Positions 8,352-19,848 of a DNA stretch of 64,000 bases are shown piece by piece. The DNA lies in the NCBI GenBank assembly GCA_903865705.1, contig CAIPKT010000104.1, positions 56,444 to 120,443 of the forward strand. The letters are read 5' to 3'. The translations under genes were made by a program, and so were the position numbers. Origin of the DNA: an uncultured Chlorobiaceae bacterium. GTDB lineage: Bacteria > Bacteroidota > Chlorobiia > Chlorobiales > Chlorobiaceae. The notes below the pieces were generated by a model. It was not told the origin of the DNA and made no database searches. It saw only the letters and a program-made list of their open reading frames with translations. Numbering within the stretch: position 1 is the stretch's first letter; every line of letters starts with the position of its first letter.

Positions 8352-10763
8352 TCAGACTTGTCGAATTACCGCACCAAGCTTACTCTCGGCATTACTGCCG
8401 ACTTTCGAAAGAATATCGCTGATTTTTTCATCCTGCAACGTCCCTGAGTGATCAGCTATTTCAAGTGAGAGTGCTACGCTTCGCTCTCCCGCATCTTCAT
8501 GGGTGCGTTCGAAAAGATCAAAAACAGAGACACCCCTGATCAATGAATCACTTGAACGCACAAGCGCCACAAGAGACTGAACCGAAACGTCTGGTGGCAG
8601 AATAAGCGATATATCCCTCTGAACAACCGGGAATCTGGAAGGCGGCTCATACGTCACATCCGGGTTGAAACAGCGTTCAAGAACTGCTGCATCAAGTTCC
8701 GCTATATAAACATCCTGTCCAATATCAAATTTGTCCAGAAGATCAGAACCGAGTTGCCGAACCACACCAACTCTGTGCGAACAACTCTTTGCATTTTCTG
8801 TCAACTGCACTTCAATGCTGACAGTATTATCATTATAATTATTCACCGCTGATTTATCAAGCAAATTCAGCTTCTCAAGCAGCATCTCAACAGCGCCCAT
8901 AAGATCGTAAAAATCCACCTTTTCAGGCGACTGGTTCCAGATTCTGGGAAAACGGCTTCCGGTAATGGCAAGAACGAGATACTCCTGCTCACTGTAAGCA
9001 GCAAGCAACGACTCAGAAGAGCGCTCACCATCGGGAACGGCCTGAAATCCCCTGGCAACCTCAAAGAGTCTTAAATCCTTGTTCCCGTGCCGGATATTAT
9101 GGCTGATCACCTTGAGAAATCCAGGCACAAGCCCTGGCCGTAACACCTCAAGCCCTTCACTGATTGGATTGAGAACTTCGACAAGCCGGTCACTGAACAA
9201 TCCGGCCTGATCTCTTTTTATAAGGGGATTGGTAAGAATTTCGCGAAAATTCAGGCCAACCATAAGAGTCCGGAGAAAATCAGGGAAAAACTCCGGGTAT
9301 TTGCGTGACTGCGGATAGATGGTCGCCATCTGGGCTGAGGCCTGGATATTGTCGTATCCGTGCAGACGGGCAATCTCCTCAACAAGATCGATCTCCTCTA
9401 AAACGTCAACCCTGCAGGATGGCACCTCAACAGTGATTGCCTCACCCACGGTTCCGTCAGTTGAAAATCCAATTCGCCGAAGCATCTCCACCATTTCGGC
9501 CGCTCCTATTGAACTGCCGAGCAGGGCGTTGACCCGCGCCGGCCTCAAGGTTACCTGGCGCAGGTCAGCAGGAACTGAACCCCACTCCTGGGCACCCTGG
9601 ACAGTTCCTCCGGCAAGCTCCAGAATCAGTGCCACGGCACACTCTGCCGACCGCCTGACATTGCGGGGATCAATACCTCGCTCGTAGCGGTATGAGGCGT
9701 CAGAGGAAATTGTTGCTTTTTTAGCCGATTTCCGGATCATGGATGGATCGAACCAGGCAGACTCAAGCAAAATATCGGTTGTAGAGTCACTCACTGCTGA
9801 ATCAAGACCGCCCATGACACCGGCAAGAGCGACAGGTTTCACGGTATCGCAGATGACAGGCATTCCAGGGGCGACCGGGCAAAGCTGCTGATTGATGGCA
9901 ACAAATTCGCCTCGCATGTCGCTGCGAACGACAATGCGGTTACCATCAAGCTTGCCGAGATCAAACGCATGCAGGGGCTGGCCAAGCCCGTGAAGAATAT
10001 AGTTGGTGATATCAACGATATTGTTTTTCGGCCTCAAGCCGATACTTTGAAGCTTTTTTTGAAGCCACGCGGGAGATTCTGCGACTGTTATGCCTCGAAT
10101 GACTACTCCGGTATAATAAGGGCACGCAACAGCATCACGGACATCAACCAGAGAACCGGTTTTTGAAAATGCTACAGGGGTTTGCGCCGGATAGTGTATC
10201 TCCTCATCTCCTGCAAGCTCCCTTGCCACTCCAAGATGGGAAAGAACATCCGGGCGGTTTGGCGTCACGGCAATATCAAGGATGACATCGCCATCAAGAT
10301 AACGGGCGACAGGTTCCCCGATACAACATGAAGCGGCAAGCTCCATAACGCCTGAATGGTCACCTGAGAGCCCAAGCTCGTCAGCGGCACAAATCATGCC
10401 GAAAGAGCGTTCACCGCGTATTTTAGAAGGTTTGATGGTAAATGTCTTACCGTCAGAGTCGGTAAGCCTGGCTTTGTCTGTCGCTACAGGAACAAGCATC
10501 CCTGCTTTGACATTGGGGGCACCGCATACAATTTGAAGAAGCTCCTCACGACCGACATCAACCCGACAAATCGTCAACCTTTCAGCGTTGGGATGCGGCC
10601 GGACCTCCTCAATTCGCCCGACGACAACAAGATCGTCCGGAAGGGAGAGCTCTTGAACCTCCTCCACTTCAAACCCGAGAAAGGTCAATTTTTCGACAAG
10701 TGACGGAGTATCGGAAGAAAAGGAAGGAAGAAAGTCTTTGAGCCAACTGACAGATATTTTCAT
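8352..10763 (-). CDS. pheT: Phenylalanine--tRNA ligase beta subunit
   Basis: MKISVSWLKDFLP start (the ATG at 10763 is preferred over the track start at 10787), with tRNA-binding, B3/4, B5 and FDX-ACB regions recognisable. Confidence 0.95.
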   Translation of the reverse strand: MKISVSWLKDFLPSFSSDTPSLVEKLTFLGFEVEEVQELSLPDDLVVVGRIEEVRPHPNAERLTICRVDVGREELLQIVCGAPNVKAGMLVPVATDKARLTDSDGKTFTIKPSKIRGERSFGMICAADELGLSGDHSGVMELAASCCIGEPVARYLDGDVILDIAVTPNRPDVLSHLGVARELAGDEEIHYPAQTPVAFSKTGSLVDVRDAVACPYYTGVVIRGITVAESPAWLQKKLQSIGLRPKNNIVDITNYILHGLGQPLHAFDLGKLDGNRIVVRSDMRGEFVAINQQLCPVAPGMPVICDTVKPVALAGVMGGLDSAVSDSTTDILLESAWFDPSMIRKSAKKATISSDASYRYERGIDPRNVRRSAECAVALILELAGGTVQGAQEWGSVPADLRQVTLRPARVNALLGSSIGAAEMVEMLRRIGFSTDGTVGEAITVEVPSCRVDVLEEIDLVEEIARLHGYDNIQASAQMATIYPQSRKYPEFFPDFLRTLMVGLNFREILTNPLIKRDQAGLFSDRLVEVLNPISEGLEVLRPGLVPGFLKVISHNIRHGNKDLRLFEVARGFQAVPDGERSSESLLAAYSEQEYLVLAITGSRFPRIWNQSPEKVDFYDLMGAVEMLLEKLNLLDKSAVNNYNDNTVSIEVQLTENAKSCSHRVGVVRQLGSDLLDKFDIGQDVYIAELDAAVLERCFNPDVTYEPPSRFPVVQRDISLILPPDVSVQSLVALVRSSDSLIRGVSVFDLFERTHEDAGERSVALSLEIADHSGTLQDEKISDILSKVGSNAESKLGAVIRQV

Positions 10764-10833
10764 AAGTAGAGGAAAATCTGCTTTCATGAATTTAAAAAAG
10801 CCCTGTACCGGCGACGAACAGAGCTTTATAGTG

Positions 10834-10905
10834 TGACCCCAACGGGATTCGAACCCGTGCTACCACCTTGAAAGGGTGATGACCTAACCACTAGTCGATG
10901 GGGCC
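10834..10905 (-). tRNA. tRNA-Glu (TTC)
   Basis: Hand-folded; anticodon loop CTTTCAA, T-loop TTCGAAT. Confidence 0.9.
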
Positions 10906-10911
10906 TTATTT

Positions 10912-10987
10912 GGGTGAATGAGGGGACTCGAACCCCCGGCCTCCAGGGCCACAACCTGGCGCTCTAACCAACTGAGCTACAATCACC
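10912..10987 (-). tRNA. tRNA-His (GTG) with an extra 5' G(-1)
   Basis: Hand-folded; anticodon loop TTGTGGC, T-loop TTCGAGT, extra 5' G opposite C73. One T-T mismatch in the acceptor stem. Confidence 0.85.
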
Positions 10988-11014
10988 GTGAAAACTTTAC
11001 GGACTTTAATCTTG

Positions 11015-11087
<73 letters not shown>

Positions 11088-11114
11088 AGCTTCAATCGTC
11101 AGAACCTTTACCTG

Positions 11115-11187
11115 TCGGGGTGCCGAGACTCGAACTCGGGGCCTCCTGCTCCCAAAGCAGGCACGCTACCAACTGCGCCACACCCCG
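11115..11187 (-). tRNA. tRNA-Pro (TGG)
   Basis: Hand-folded; anticodon loop TTTGGGA, T-loop TTCGAGT. Confidence 0.9.
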
Positions 11188-11249
11188 TTCTTTAACGGAA
11201 GGCCCAATATATCACAAGAACTTTAAATTTCAAAAAGAAATTACCTTAT

Positions 11250-11657
11250 TCAATAAAGATTGTTCTGAAAAAAATCTGCAATGATCTGTTTGAGATCTTC
11301 ATGGCAGAGCATTTTCATGGCCTCAGACGGAGTAACAAGCTTTCGCTGGCGGTCATGCATTTCATCCCATTCATCAAGGATAGTCTCGATAAAAAGCGGA
11401 TATACCTGAACCGAAAAGAGCTTGCCAAACTTGATATACTGGTACTGACCGGCTTCTTTATGGTGAACAACACCAATTAAACCGGCCTCTTCATAAGCCT
11501 CTTTAGCGGCTGATTCTGCAGGAGTCAACCCTTTTTCGACATGTCCCTTGGGAATGACCCATCGCTCCGATTTTTTGGAAGTAATCAGTACCACCCGGTT
11601 GTCAAGGACTGGAATCACTCCGGACTGCCTGAAAACCACTTTTAACCTCCCTGCCAT
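11250..11657 (-). CDS. NUDIX hydrolase
   Basis: Nudix box GHVEKGLTPAESAAKEAYEEAGL. Confidence 0.85.
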   Translation of the reverse strand: MAGRLKVVFRQSGVIPVLDNRVVLITSKKSERWVIPKGHVEKGLTPAESAAKEAYEEAGLIGVVHHKEAGQYQYIKFGKLFSVQVYPLFIETILDEWDEMHDRQRKLVTPSEAMKMLCHEDLKQIIADFFQNNLY

Positions 11658-11893
11658 AATGCTCTTAATCTACCGACTTATTGTATTTTCATCTACGTGC
11701 TCTACAATCTTCCAATGCTCTTATTATCCATATATTAAATAATATGATTATCAGTAAAAGAAAATACAATTGATTTCTCTAATTAACCGTTCTCTGATGG
11801 AAATTGAATGTATTTAATCTTATAATGCCTTTATTATAACGTATGAAAAAAGCATCAGGTGCTTGATCTTAAAACCAAAATTATTGGGGAAAT

Positions 11894-12871
11894 ATGAAAG
11901 CAATCATTCCTGTTGCGGGGATAGGTTCCCGTTTGCGCCCTCACACTTTTTCTCATCCAAAAGTATTGCTTAACGTGGCCGGAAAACCCATTATCGGCCA
12001 TATTATGGACAAGCTTATTGCCGCAGGCATTGATGAGGCAATCGTCATTGTGGGATATCTCGGGGACATGGTTGAAGATTGGCTGACGAAGAATTACAGC
12101 ATTAAATTCACTTTTGTTGTCCAGACCGAACTCCTTGGACTAGCCCATGCGATCTGGTTGTGCAAACCCTACGTGGTAGAGAATGAACCCTTGTTGATCA
12201 TTCTTGGTGACACCATTTTTGATGTTGATCTGGAACCGGTATTGAAAAGTCCATTTTCCACCCTTGGAGTAAAAGAGGTTGAAGACCCAAGGCGATTCGG
12301 CGTTGCCATAACCAATGGAGAGAAAATCCTGAAACTGGTTGAAAAACCCGACACGCTCGTCAGTAACCTTGCCATTGTCGGCCTCTATTTTCTTCAGCAG
12401 GCTGGACCGCTCTTTGCAAGTATCAACTACCTGATAGGCAACGATATTAAAACAAAGGGTGAATACCAGCTCACCGACGCCCTGCAATCTATGATTGAGG
12501 GGGGAGAAACATTCACCGCTTTCACGGTTCAGGGATGGTATGACTGCGGCAAACCCGAAACACTGCTTGCTACAAACGAGATTCTTCTCAAAAACAACGT
12601 CTCCACAAAAGCATACCCCGGTTGCATTATCAATGATCCCGTATTTATCGCCGATAGTGCCATTCTGGAAAACTCCATTATTGGTCCGAATACCACCATA
12701 GGTGAAAAGGCCGTTATTACAAACACCATTTCCAGAAATTCCATTATCGGCTATAACGCAAGGGTTACCCATATTATGCTTGATCATTCAATTGTCGGGA
12801 ACAATGCCTTCATTACAGGAAACTTCCAGCAAATAAATGTCGGCGATTACTCGGAGATACGGGTTGGATAA
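11894..12871 (+). CDS. Sugar-1-phosphate nucleotidyltransferase with a C-terminal left-handed beta-helix (long G1P-thymidylyl/uridylyltransferase-like form)
   Basis: MKAIIPVAGIGSRLRPHTFSHPKVLL N-terminal signature. Hexapeptide-like repeats in the last ~90 aa. Confidence 0.8.
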   Translation: MKAIIPVAGIGSRLRPHTFSHPKVLLNVAGKPIIGHIMDKLIAAGIDEAIVIVGYLGDMVEDWLTKNYSIKFTFVVQTELLGLAHAIWLCKPYVVENEPLLIILGDTIFDVDLEPVLKSPFSTLGVKEVEDPRRFGVAITNGEKILKLVEKPDTLVSNLAIVGLYFLQQAGPLFASINYLIGNDIKTKGEYQLTDALQSMIEGGETFTAFTVQGWYDCGKPETLLATNEILLKNNVSTKAYPGCIINDPVFIADSAILENSIIGPNTTIGEKAVITNTISRNSIIGYNARVTHIMLDHSIVGNNAFITGNFQQINVGDYSEIRVG

Positions 12872-13132
12872 GAGATTTTTTGCATAGAAGAGGACGAATG
12901 GTTACATTTTGCTTTATTTTCTCATCGACATCCCCATTACCTATGGACACGGTGTCGCAAGCTCTCAGCAGGGATTGTGTCCCTGAGCTTGCCGGAAGTT
13001 TTTTCCGTGTCCAGGTTATCTCTTTTTGACATCCTCTCACAGAAAAACTTTCCAGTTGATTCGTTTTTTTTTCTTGCTGTCCAGTTTTTACTGTTGTTGT
13101 TTTCGTTTGTTTAACCAAAACCTTATCAGAAC

Positions 13133-14347
13133 ATGTCACAAAAAAGGTATTTCTTTACCTCAGAATCCGTTTCAGAAGGACACCCGGACAAGGTTGCCGA
13201 TCAGATTTCCGATGCTGTACTTGATGATTTTCTCCGCCAGGATCCAAGTTCACGTGTTGCCTGTGAAACCTTTGTTACCACCGGACAGGTAATTGTCGGC
13301 GGCGAAGTTACCACAAAAGGAATTGTTGATATCCAGACCATAGCCCGTAAGGTCATAACCGAAATCGGCTACACCAAAGGTGAGTATATGTTTGAAGCAA
13401 ACTCGTGCGGCGTGCTTTCAGCGCTCCACAGTCAGTCGCCCGATATCAACCGCGGTGTTGACCGCAAGGAAGAGATTGCTGATGAGTTTGACCGTGTCGG
13501 CGCTGGCGACCAGGGTATGATGTTCGGCTACGCATGCACGGAAACCCCCGAGCTGATGCCGGCAGCAATCCAGTTTGCCCAGCAGTTGGTCAAGACACTT
13601 GCCGAAATCCGCAAGGAGGGCAAAATTATGACTTACCTCCGCCCTGATTCCAAGAGCCAGGTGACCCTTGAATATGAAAATGAAAAGGTAATCCGCGTTG
13701 ATGCTGTTGTTGTTTCAACCCAGCACGATCCTGAACCAGTTGGTGTCAGCGAAACCGCATGGCAGGAAGTTATCAAGCATGATATCATTGAAAATGTCGT
13801 CAAGGTGGTTATTCCGGCAAACCTGATCGACGAAAAGACCAAATTTCACATCAATCCGACCGGACGCTTTGTTATCGGCGGACCACATGGCGATACCGGC
13901 CTGACCGGACGCAAGATCATTGTTGATACCTACGGCGGTGCAGCTCCTCACGGCGGCGGCGCATTCAGCGGCAAAGATCCTTCGAAGGTTGACCGCAGCG
14001 CAGCGTACGCAGCACGTCACGTGGCAAAGAATATTGTTGCCGCAGGTCTGGCCGACAAATGCACCGTTCAGGTCTCTTACGCCATCGGTGTTGCCCGTCC
14101 GGTATCGATTTATATCAATACCCATGACACAGCAAAACATGGCCTCAACGACGCCCAGATCCAGGAAAAAGCCGAATTGATATTTGATCTTCGTCCGGCA
14201 GCCATCATCAAACGGTTCAGCCTCAACAAGCCTCAGGGCTGGAGCTACCAGGAGACCGCTGCATACGGCCATTTCGGTCGTAGCAACTTCCCTTGGGAAA
14301 AAACTGAAGAGGTTGCAGAGCTGAAAAAAGCCTTAAACCTTGCATGA
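13133..14347 (+). CDS. metK: S-adenosylmethionine synthase
   Basis: [25 protein letters not shown] and [19 protein letters not shown] motifs. Confidence 0.97.
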   Translation: MSQKRYFFTSESVSEGHPDKVADQISDAVLDDFLRQDPSSRVACETFVTTGQVIVGGEVTTKGIVDIQTIARKVITEIGYTKGEYMFEANSCGVLSALHSQSPDINRGVDRKEEIADEFDRVGAGDQGMMFGYACTETPELMPAAIQFAQQLVKTLAEIRKEGKIMTYLRPDSKSQVTLEYENEKVIRVDAVVVSTQHDPEPVGVSETAWQEVIKHDIIENVVKVVIPANLIDEKTKFHINPTGRFVIGGPHGDTGLTGRKIIVDTYGGAAPHGGGAFSGKDPSKVDRSAAYAARHVAKNIVAAGLADKCTVQVSYAIGVARPVSIYINTHDTAKHGLNDAQIQEKAELIFDLRPAAIIKRFSLNKPQGWSYQETAAYGHFGRSNFPWEKTEEVAELKKALNLA

Positions 14348-14381
14348 ACCAATAGCAACATATTAAAACCAGAAAGAGAAT

Positions 14382-15797
14382 ATGACAACAGTCGCAGAGG
14401 TGCTTGATTATAAAGTAGCGGATCTCTCCTTGGCAGAATGGGGACGCAAGGAAATTGATATCGCTGAAAAAGAGATGCCGGGTCTTATGGCTACCAGGCG
14501 CAAATATGCGGGCAAATACCCGCTGAAAGGCGCCCGTATTGCGGGATCACTGCATATGACCATCCAGACGGCCGTACTGATTGAAACCCTTGTAGAGCTC
14601 GGAGCCGAAGTGCGCTGGGCAAGCTGCAACATCTTTTCAACCCAGGATCATGCAGCCGCAGCCATTGCAGAAACCGGTGTTCCTGTTTTTGCCTGGAAAG
14701 GCGAAACACTGGAAGAGTATTGGTGGTGTACCCGCCAGATTCTCCAGTTTGATGGCGGAAAGGGACCGAACCTCATCGTCGATGATGGCGGCGACGCAAC
14801 CCTTATGATTATTCTTGGTTACAAAATTGAGAATAATCCTGAACTGCTCGAAAAAACTCCGGGTAATCTGGAGGAAAAAGCTCTTTATCAGCAGTTTAAA
14901 GAGGTCTTTGCAGAGGATCCTCAGCGCTGGCACAAGGTTGCCGCTGAAATGAAGGGTGTTTCGGAAGAGACCACCACCGGTGTTCACCGCCTCTACCAGA
15001 TGATGGAAAAAGGCGAACTGCTCTTTCCTGCCATCAACGTCAACGACTCGGTCACCAAGTCAAAGTTTGACAACCTCTATGGATGCCGTGAGTCACTGGC
15101 TGACGGTATCAAGCGGGCAACCGATGTCATGGTTGCAGGCAAGGTTGTTGTCGTGCTCGGCTACGGCGACGTAGGCAAGGGCTCGGCCCGTTCTATGCGT
15201 GCTTATGGCGCAAGGGTGATCGTTACGGAAATTGACCCGATCTGTGCATTGCAGGCCGCAATGGAAGGTTATGAGGTTTCAACCATGGATGAGGCTGTCA
15301 AGGAGGGAAACATTTTTGTAACCACAACCGGCAACAAAGATGTGATCACTCTTGAGCACATGAAGCAGATGAAAGATGAAGCAATTGTCTGCAACATCGG
15401 CCATTTCGACAACGAGATCCAGGTTGAGCAGCTCTATGCCTATGAAGGTGCAAAAAGACTCAACATCAAGCCGCAGGTCGACAAGTATACGTTTGAGAAC
15501 GGCAACTGCATCTATCTGCTGGCAGAGGGACGCCTTGTCAATCTTGGATGCGCAACCGGACACCCTTCGTTTGTGATGAGCAACTCTTTCACCAACCAGA
15601 CACTAGCTCAAATCGAACTCTGGACCAAGGAGTACGCCATTGATGTTTACCGTCTGCCGAAAGCACTTGATGAAGAGGTGGCAAGACTGCACCTTGACCA
15701 GCTCGGCGTAAAACTCACCAGACTTTCTGATGAGCAGGCTGAGTATATCGGTGTTCCGCTTGATGGGCCATACAAACCAGAACATTACCGCTATTGA
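14382..15797 (+). CDS. ahcY: Adenosylhomocysteinase
   Basis: 471 aa; [38 protein letters not shown] and a C-terminal KPEHYRY. Confidence 0.97.
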   Translation: MTTVAEVLDYKVADLSLAEWGRKEIDIAEKEMPGLMATRRKYAGKYPLKGARIAGSLHMTIQTAVLIETLVELGAEVRWASCNIFSTQDHAAAAIAETGVPVFAWKGETLEEYWWCTRQILQFDGGKGPNLIVDDGGDATLMIILGYKIENNPELLEKTPGNLEEKALYQQFKEVFAEDPQRWHKVAAEMKGVSEETTTGVHRLYQMMEKGELLFPAINVNDSVTKSKFDNLYGCRESLADGIKRATDVMVAGKVVVVLGYGDVGKGSARSMRAYGARVIVTEIDPICALQAAMEGYEVSTMDEAVKEGNIFVTTTGNKDVITLEHMKQMKDEAIVCNIGHFDNEIQVEQLYAYEGAKRLNIKPQVDKYTFENGNCIYLLAEGRLVNLGCATGHPSFVMSNSFTNQTLAQIELWTKEYAIDVYRLPKALDEEVARLHLDQLGVKLTRLSDEQAEYIGVPLDGPYKPEHYRY

Positions 15798-15820
15798 GGG
15801 CAATAGTGCTCTGAACACAG

Positions 15821-15855
15821 AAAAGGCAACCCGCGAAGGTTGCCTTTTCTTATTT
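15821..15855 (+). terminator. Rho-independent terminator after ahcY
   Basis: aaaaggcaacc-cgcgaa-ggttgcctttt followed by a T-rich run. Confidence 0.7.
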
Positions 15856-15874
15856 ATGCCAGGAAAGCTGGAGG

Positions 15875-15946
15875 CTGGGGCGGCAGGATTCGAACCTGCG
15901 GATGTCGGCTCCAAAGGCCGATGCCTTACCACTTGGCGACGCCCCA
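15875..15946 (-). tRNA. tRNA-Gln (TTG)
   Basis: Hand-folded; acceptor TGGGGCG/CGCCCCA, anticodon loop CTTTGGA, T-loop TTCGAAT. Confidence 0.9.
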
Positions 15947-16179
15947 ATTTAGCGCTGGTTACCTGATATAATCGTAACCGGTGCCGAATATACGCACAAT
16001 AAGATAAACTCACAACCGTTGACCTGGGATTATGCGAAGATACGAACCTGGATGATAAGCGATACTATTATAAAACGACACGGAATCAGTCCACGATTAT
16101 CCCGACTTTAATGTATTTATGTAATTTGTACGGTATCTTTCAGGTTACGACGGTAACAATATGAACAAATTATCTTCTG

Positions 16180-16839
16180 ATGGTAAAAATCAAAATCTGC
16201 GGAATAACACGATTGTCTGATGCTCTTGATGCCTGTCATGCCGGTGCTGATGCCCTTGGATTCAATTTCAGTCAAATGAGTCCGCGAAAAATAACTCCAG
16301 AGCAGGCAAAGGCAATCATCAAAAAGCTGCCGCCGTTTGTAGAATCGACCGGCATCTTTGTTGATCAGTCTTCCGAAGAGATCAATGCCATCTGCCGCTT
16401 TTGCAAACTTCAGATCGCACAATTGCACAGCGAAAAATACACTGCTGAACAGGCAAAAGGCATTACTGAAGCAAAAGTGATAAAAGTCTTTAGACCTGAA
16501 GAGAATTTTTCGGTGAAGGAGGTTTTTGAGTTTGCCGGAAAAAGCGGCGTCAACGCATTTCTTTTTGATGCTTACCGGCCCGACATGGCTGGAGGAACAG
16601 GAGAGCGTATCGGACGCTCTCTTGCAACGCGTATCTTCAGTGAACTGGGAGGATCCTGTTATGCCATACTGGCCGGAGGGCTGAACGAAACAAACGTCGG
16701 CGAAGCAATCCGCCATATCCAGCCCTATGGAGTCGATACCGCAAGTGGAGTCGAAAGCGAACCCGGCATCAAGGATAGCGGAAAAATACACTCATTTATC
16801 AAGGCCGTACGCGAAACAGGCTATCAGGTGCAAGGATAA
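16180..16839 (+). CDS. trpF: N-(5'-phosphoribosyl)anthranilate isomerase
   Basis: MVKIKICGITRLSDALDACHAGADALGFNF, plus GGL...YGVDTASGVE. Confidence 0.9.
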   Translation: MVKIKICGITRLSDALDACHAGADALGFNFSQMSPRKITPEQAKAIIKKLPPFVESTGIFVDQSSEEINAICRFCKLQIAQLHSEKYTAEQAKGITEAKVIKVFRPEENFSVKEVFEFAGKSGVNAFLFDAYRPDMAGGTGERIGRSLATRIFSELGGSCYAILAGGLNETNVGEAIRHIQPYGVDTASGVESEPGIKDSGKIHSFIKAVRETGYQVQG

Positions 16840-17786
16840 GCCTTTACCTGCCCAAGAATAAGCTTGGCAGCCGTGTCGGGCAATTCAACTGTGATCAAAT
16901 GACCGCAATGGGGCACTTCGACATAAGTTCCCTTGTTAGTAATCTCTACCAGCTTTTTTGTATTCTTGCAGGTCATGATCGCATCGCCCTGGCCGGCAAC
17001 AAAAAGAATAGGAGCATCTGCGGCCCTGACCATGTCAGGCACTGACTCTGTAATCTCAAAGGCTGTTATCTGGCAGGTTGTCTGAGAGATGGCATCGGGC
17101 GCACAAAGTCCGAGACTATTAAATGCTATAAGTATATCATGATGCGGAACCGGATTCTTCGCAAGAACAAGCCGGGCATAGACATAGGCTGGAAACCACC
17201 AGGTCAGTTTTCGTAAGAGATTATTGAAAACAAACGTAATGATATTGTTAGAAACTGCCGAGATAAAAGCATTATTCGGGAGTAAACCGAAATTAAAAAA
17301 GGTCATCGATCGAATAAGACCAGGATTGGAACGGGCATAATCGAGCGCAATGAAAGGTCCGAAAGAAAATGCGGCAATATGAAACCGTTTTAGCTCAAGC
17401 TTGCTGACAAGTTCACGCAGGTCATGTGCAAAAAAATCGATATGGTAGTGATTTTTCGGATCGTTGTCTGACCATCCGTGACCGCGCATGTCGTAAGAAA
17501 TGGTTCGTAGCCCTTTCTCGTTGAGACTCTTGATAACATGATGCCACCACATCCACCAGCAATCCCATCCATGGATAAGCACAACAACTTCTTTGGCGTC
17601 TCTGGGGCCGGAATCGTGATAATGATGGATAATGCCATTCAGCTCTATAAAGCAACTGTTCTCCATTAATGAAAGCTCGTATGTGGCTCGCTTTGATGCG
17701 GCAACGTCCTTCGATGCTTGAAGATCGAGCTGCTCCTGACGATAACGGACAAATTTTGATGTTGGAGATGACGCTGAATATGCCAT
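16824..17786 (-). CDS. Alpha/beta-fold hydrolase
   Basis: VVLIHGWD..., AAFSFGP nucleophile elbow and a C-terminal HCGHL. The 3' end overlaps the trpF 3' end by 16 nt (convergent). Confidence 0.8.
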   Translation of the reverse strand: MAYSASSPTSKFVRYRQEQLDLQASKDVAASKRATYELSLMENSCFIELNGIIHHYHDSGPRDAKEVVVLIHGWDCWWMWWHHVIKSLNEKGLRTISYDMRGHGWSDNDPKNHYHIDFFAHDLRELVSKLELKRFHIAAFSFGPFIALDYARSNPGLIRSMTFFNFGLLPNNAFISAVSNNIITFVFNNLLRKLTWWFPAYVYARLVLAKNPVPHHDILIAFNSLGLCAPDAISQTTCQITAFEITESVPDMVRAADAPILFVAGQGDAIMTCKNTKKLVEITNKGTYVEVPHCGHLITVELPDTAAKLILGQVKAYPCT

Positions 17787-17922
17787 AACGTATCAACTGA
17801 AAGGTGAGTCGAGATGTGGTCTCATATGACCTCAAATATAAGAAAATATTTACCTTGACCGGAAAAAAACAGCTCCCACGATCCAGGGCTTCATAGAGAA
17901 GCGCAAGAGAAGCGCAAAAATA

Positions 17923-19683
17923 TTACTTTTCAAGGGTAAGAGTGTTCCCTCGTAAAAATATCTTTTCACATTCGCGCCGGATAATTTCCTGCTGTTCCAA
18001 AATCAGCTCCGGGGCAACGGTAAAATGGTTGAGGAGTTGCGAAAAAATCTGGATGGATGTTTCAAATTTTTCTGTAACAACAACATTGGCGCCAGCTTTG
18101 TAGAGATCGCCAACATCATCAAGCGTTCTTGCTCTGACAATAATGAACGCTTTTATATTGATTTCGCGAATCATTGCAATACTTTTACGGATGGCGGTGG
18201 TGTCTGAAATACCAAGTACAACCGCACGGGCATGATTTATACCTGCACGAATCAGAGCTTTCTTTTCCGTACAATCGCCATAAAAAATAGGCTCGCCCCT
18301 TTTTCTCATGACTTTTACCATTTCCCGGTCTATTTCAAGCACGGAGTAGGAGATATTGGTTGCATGAAGCACTGCGGCTACGTTCTGGCCGTTGATGCCA
18401 AAGCCGATAATAGCGGCATGAATCTCCCCTTCACAGATAATAGTACTGTCGGGAGGACGCACGGAAGGGTTAGAGGAATCCCTTGAGACAAGAGGAATAA
18501 AGCCGAGCGCAGGAGCGACCTGATCGGCAAATTTTGGAGCAATAGCTATCATGGCAGGAGTGACAATCATGGTGACAACGATGATGACAAGCATAGCCTG
18601 AAAAACCTCATGAGTGATGACACTGTTTTTCAGACCGCTCTCTGCCAGTACAAAAGAGAATTCCCCGATTTGTGCAAGCGCCATACCGGCCATCATGCTG
18701 ACTCTGAGAGAGTTGCCGAGAGAAAGCGATACCCCTGCAACAATCAGCCCTTTAACCAGCAGAACCAGAAGGGCAATAGAAACGTAAAGAGGCAGATTGA
18801 CCATCTTGACGTCGAGCATGAGCCCTACGGATATAAAAAATATGCTGCTGAACGCCTCTCGAAATGGATCAATAGACATGCTTATCTGACGACTTTCATC
18901 AGTACTTGCAATTACCATCCCTGCTACAAATGAACCGAGAGCAAGCGACAAGCCCACCATTGAGGTCAGATATGCCGCGCCAAAACAGATCACAAGCGCC
19001 CCGATAACCAGAACCTCCCGGGCATGGAGGGATGCAATCAGACGAACTATTTTCGGCATAAGAAGCCTGAAGCAAAAAAAAATGACCGTAGCAAACAGCC
19101 CGATAAGAGCAATTTTTTTAAAAACCATGGCAAAAGAAGGCGTCGCCAAAGGATTTAAAAAGTTAATGCCAATCATCAGAGGAACAACCGCGATATCCTG
19201 AAAAATCAGGATTCCCATAGCAATGCGACCATAGGGTAAAGCGAGTTCATCCCGATCAGTCAAAATCTTAAGGCATATTGCCGTACTGCTGACTGAAAAG
19301 GTAAATCCGAGAAACACCGATGCTGAAAGGGTAATACCTTGGCCTATGGCAAGCATAAACCAGTAAGAAAGAAAACTGATGGCAAGGCCGGTAGCAATAA
19401 TCTGGACGAAACCGCCAACCAGCACAATTTTTTTCAGCTTTTTAAGGTCGTCAAGCGAAAACTCAAGGCCAATCGTAAACAAAAGGAGAACAACGCCAAG
19501 CTCGGCAAGCGTTGAAATCATTTTTTGATCATAGACCGCGCCGATACCTGAAGGACCAAAAAGGATACCAGTAAAAATCAGCCCGATAACCGGTGGAATC
19601 TTCAACCGCTGGAAAACAAGAATAATGGCAACTGCCAGTGCCCCGATAAGCACCAGTTGGCCAAGAAAATCAAATTCATGCAT
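17923..19683 (-). CDS. CPA2-family monovalent cation:proton antiporter with a C-terminal TrkA-N (RCK) domain (KefB/KefC-like)
   Basis: About 12 TM segments, then IIGFGINGQNVA as a Rossmann motif. Confidence 0.85.
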   Translation of the reverse strand: MHEFDFLGQLVLIGALAVAIILVFQRLKIPPVIGLIFTGILFGPSGIGAVYDQKMISTLAELGVVLLLFTIGLEFSLDDLKKLKKIVLVGGFVQIIATGLAISFLSYWFMLAIGQGITLSASVFLGFTFSVSSTAICLKILTDRDELALPYGRIAMGILIFQDIAVVPLMIGINFLNPLATPSFAMVFKKIALIGLFATVIFFCFRLLMPKIVRLIASLHAREVLVIGALVICFGAAYLTSMVGLSLALGSFVAGMVIASTDESRQISMSIDPFREAFSSIFFISVGLMLDVKMVNLPLYVSIALLVLLVKGLIVAGVSLSLGNSLRVSMMAGMALAQIGEFSFVLAESGLKNSVITHEVFQAMLVIIVVTMIVTPAMIAIAPKFADQVAPALGFIPLVSRDSSNPSVRPPDSTIICEGEIHAAIIGFGINGQNVAAVLHATNISYSVLEIDREMVKVMRKRGEPIFYGDCTEKKALIRAGINHARAVVLGISDTTAIRKSIAMIREINIKAFIIVRARTLDDVGDLYKAGANVVVTEKFETSIQIFSQLLNHFTVAPELILEQQEIIRRECEKIFLRGNTLTLEK

Positions 19684-19848
19684 AGAAATAGTACTTTATC
19701 GCACTTTTGCTATCTTCGTGATGCCTTCTCTGAATTCGGATTCGGACAGGTTGATAGCGCAAGCACCATAAAGGTAAATGACGCGAAGCCCCGCGAAAAA
19801 ATGCCATCAAGAAGAGATCACTACTAAGCCCGTAAACCTGAATCCATT

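Noticed and set aside
12140-12787. 215-aa minus-strand ORF
   Set aside because: Antisense to the well-supported nucleotidyltransferase gene, with no recognisable motif. The same reasoning applies to 13715-14272, 14637-14987, 16117-16791, 22403-23070, 27200-28231, 34491-34949, 38029-38586, 47662-48319, 49147-49578 and 62683-63234. Each lies opposite a gene with unmistakable conserved motifs.
12872-13132. Possible SAM or SAH riboswitch in the 260-nt metK leader and the 34-nt metK-ahcY spacer
   Set aside because: I could not find the S-box core or any other SAM/SAH aptamer signature by eye, only small hairpins and T-runs. The cttatca just before the ATG is a chance resemblance. A covariance-model scan is needed before anything is claimed.
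16824-16839. Convergent 3'-end overlaps (trpF with the hydrolase gene, 16 nt; NUDIX with the ABC ATPase gene at 35538-35586, 49 nt)
   Set aside because: Such overlaps are ordinary in compact genomes. No evidence of special regulation is visible.
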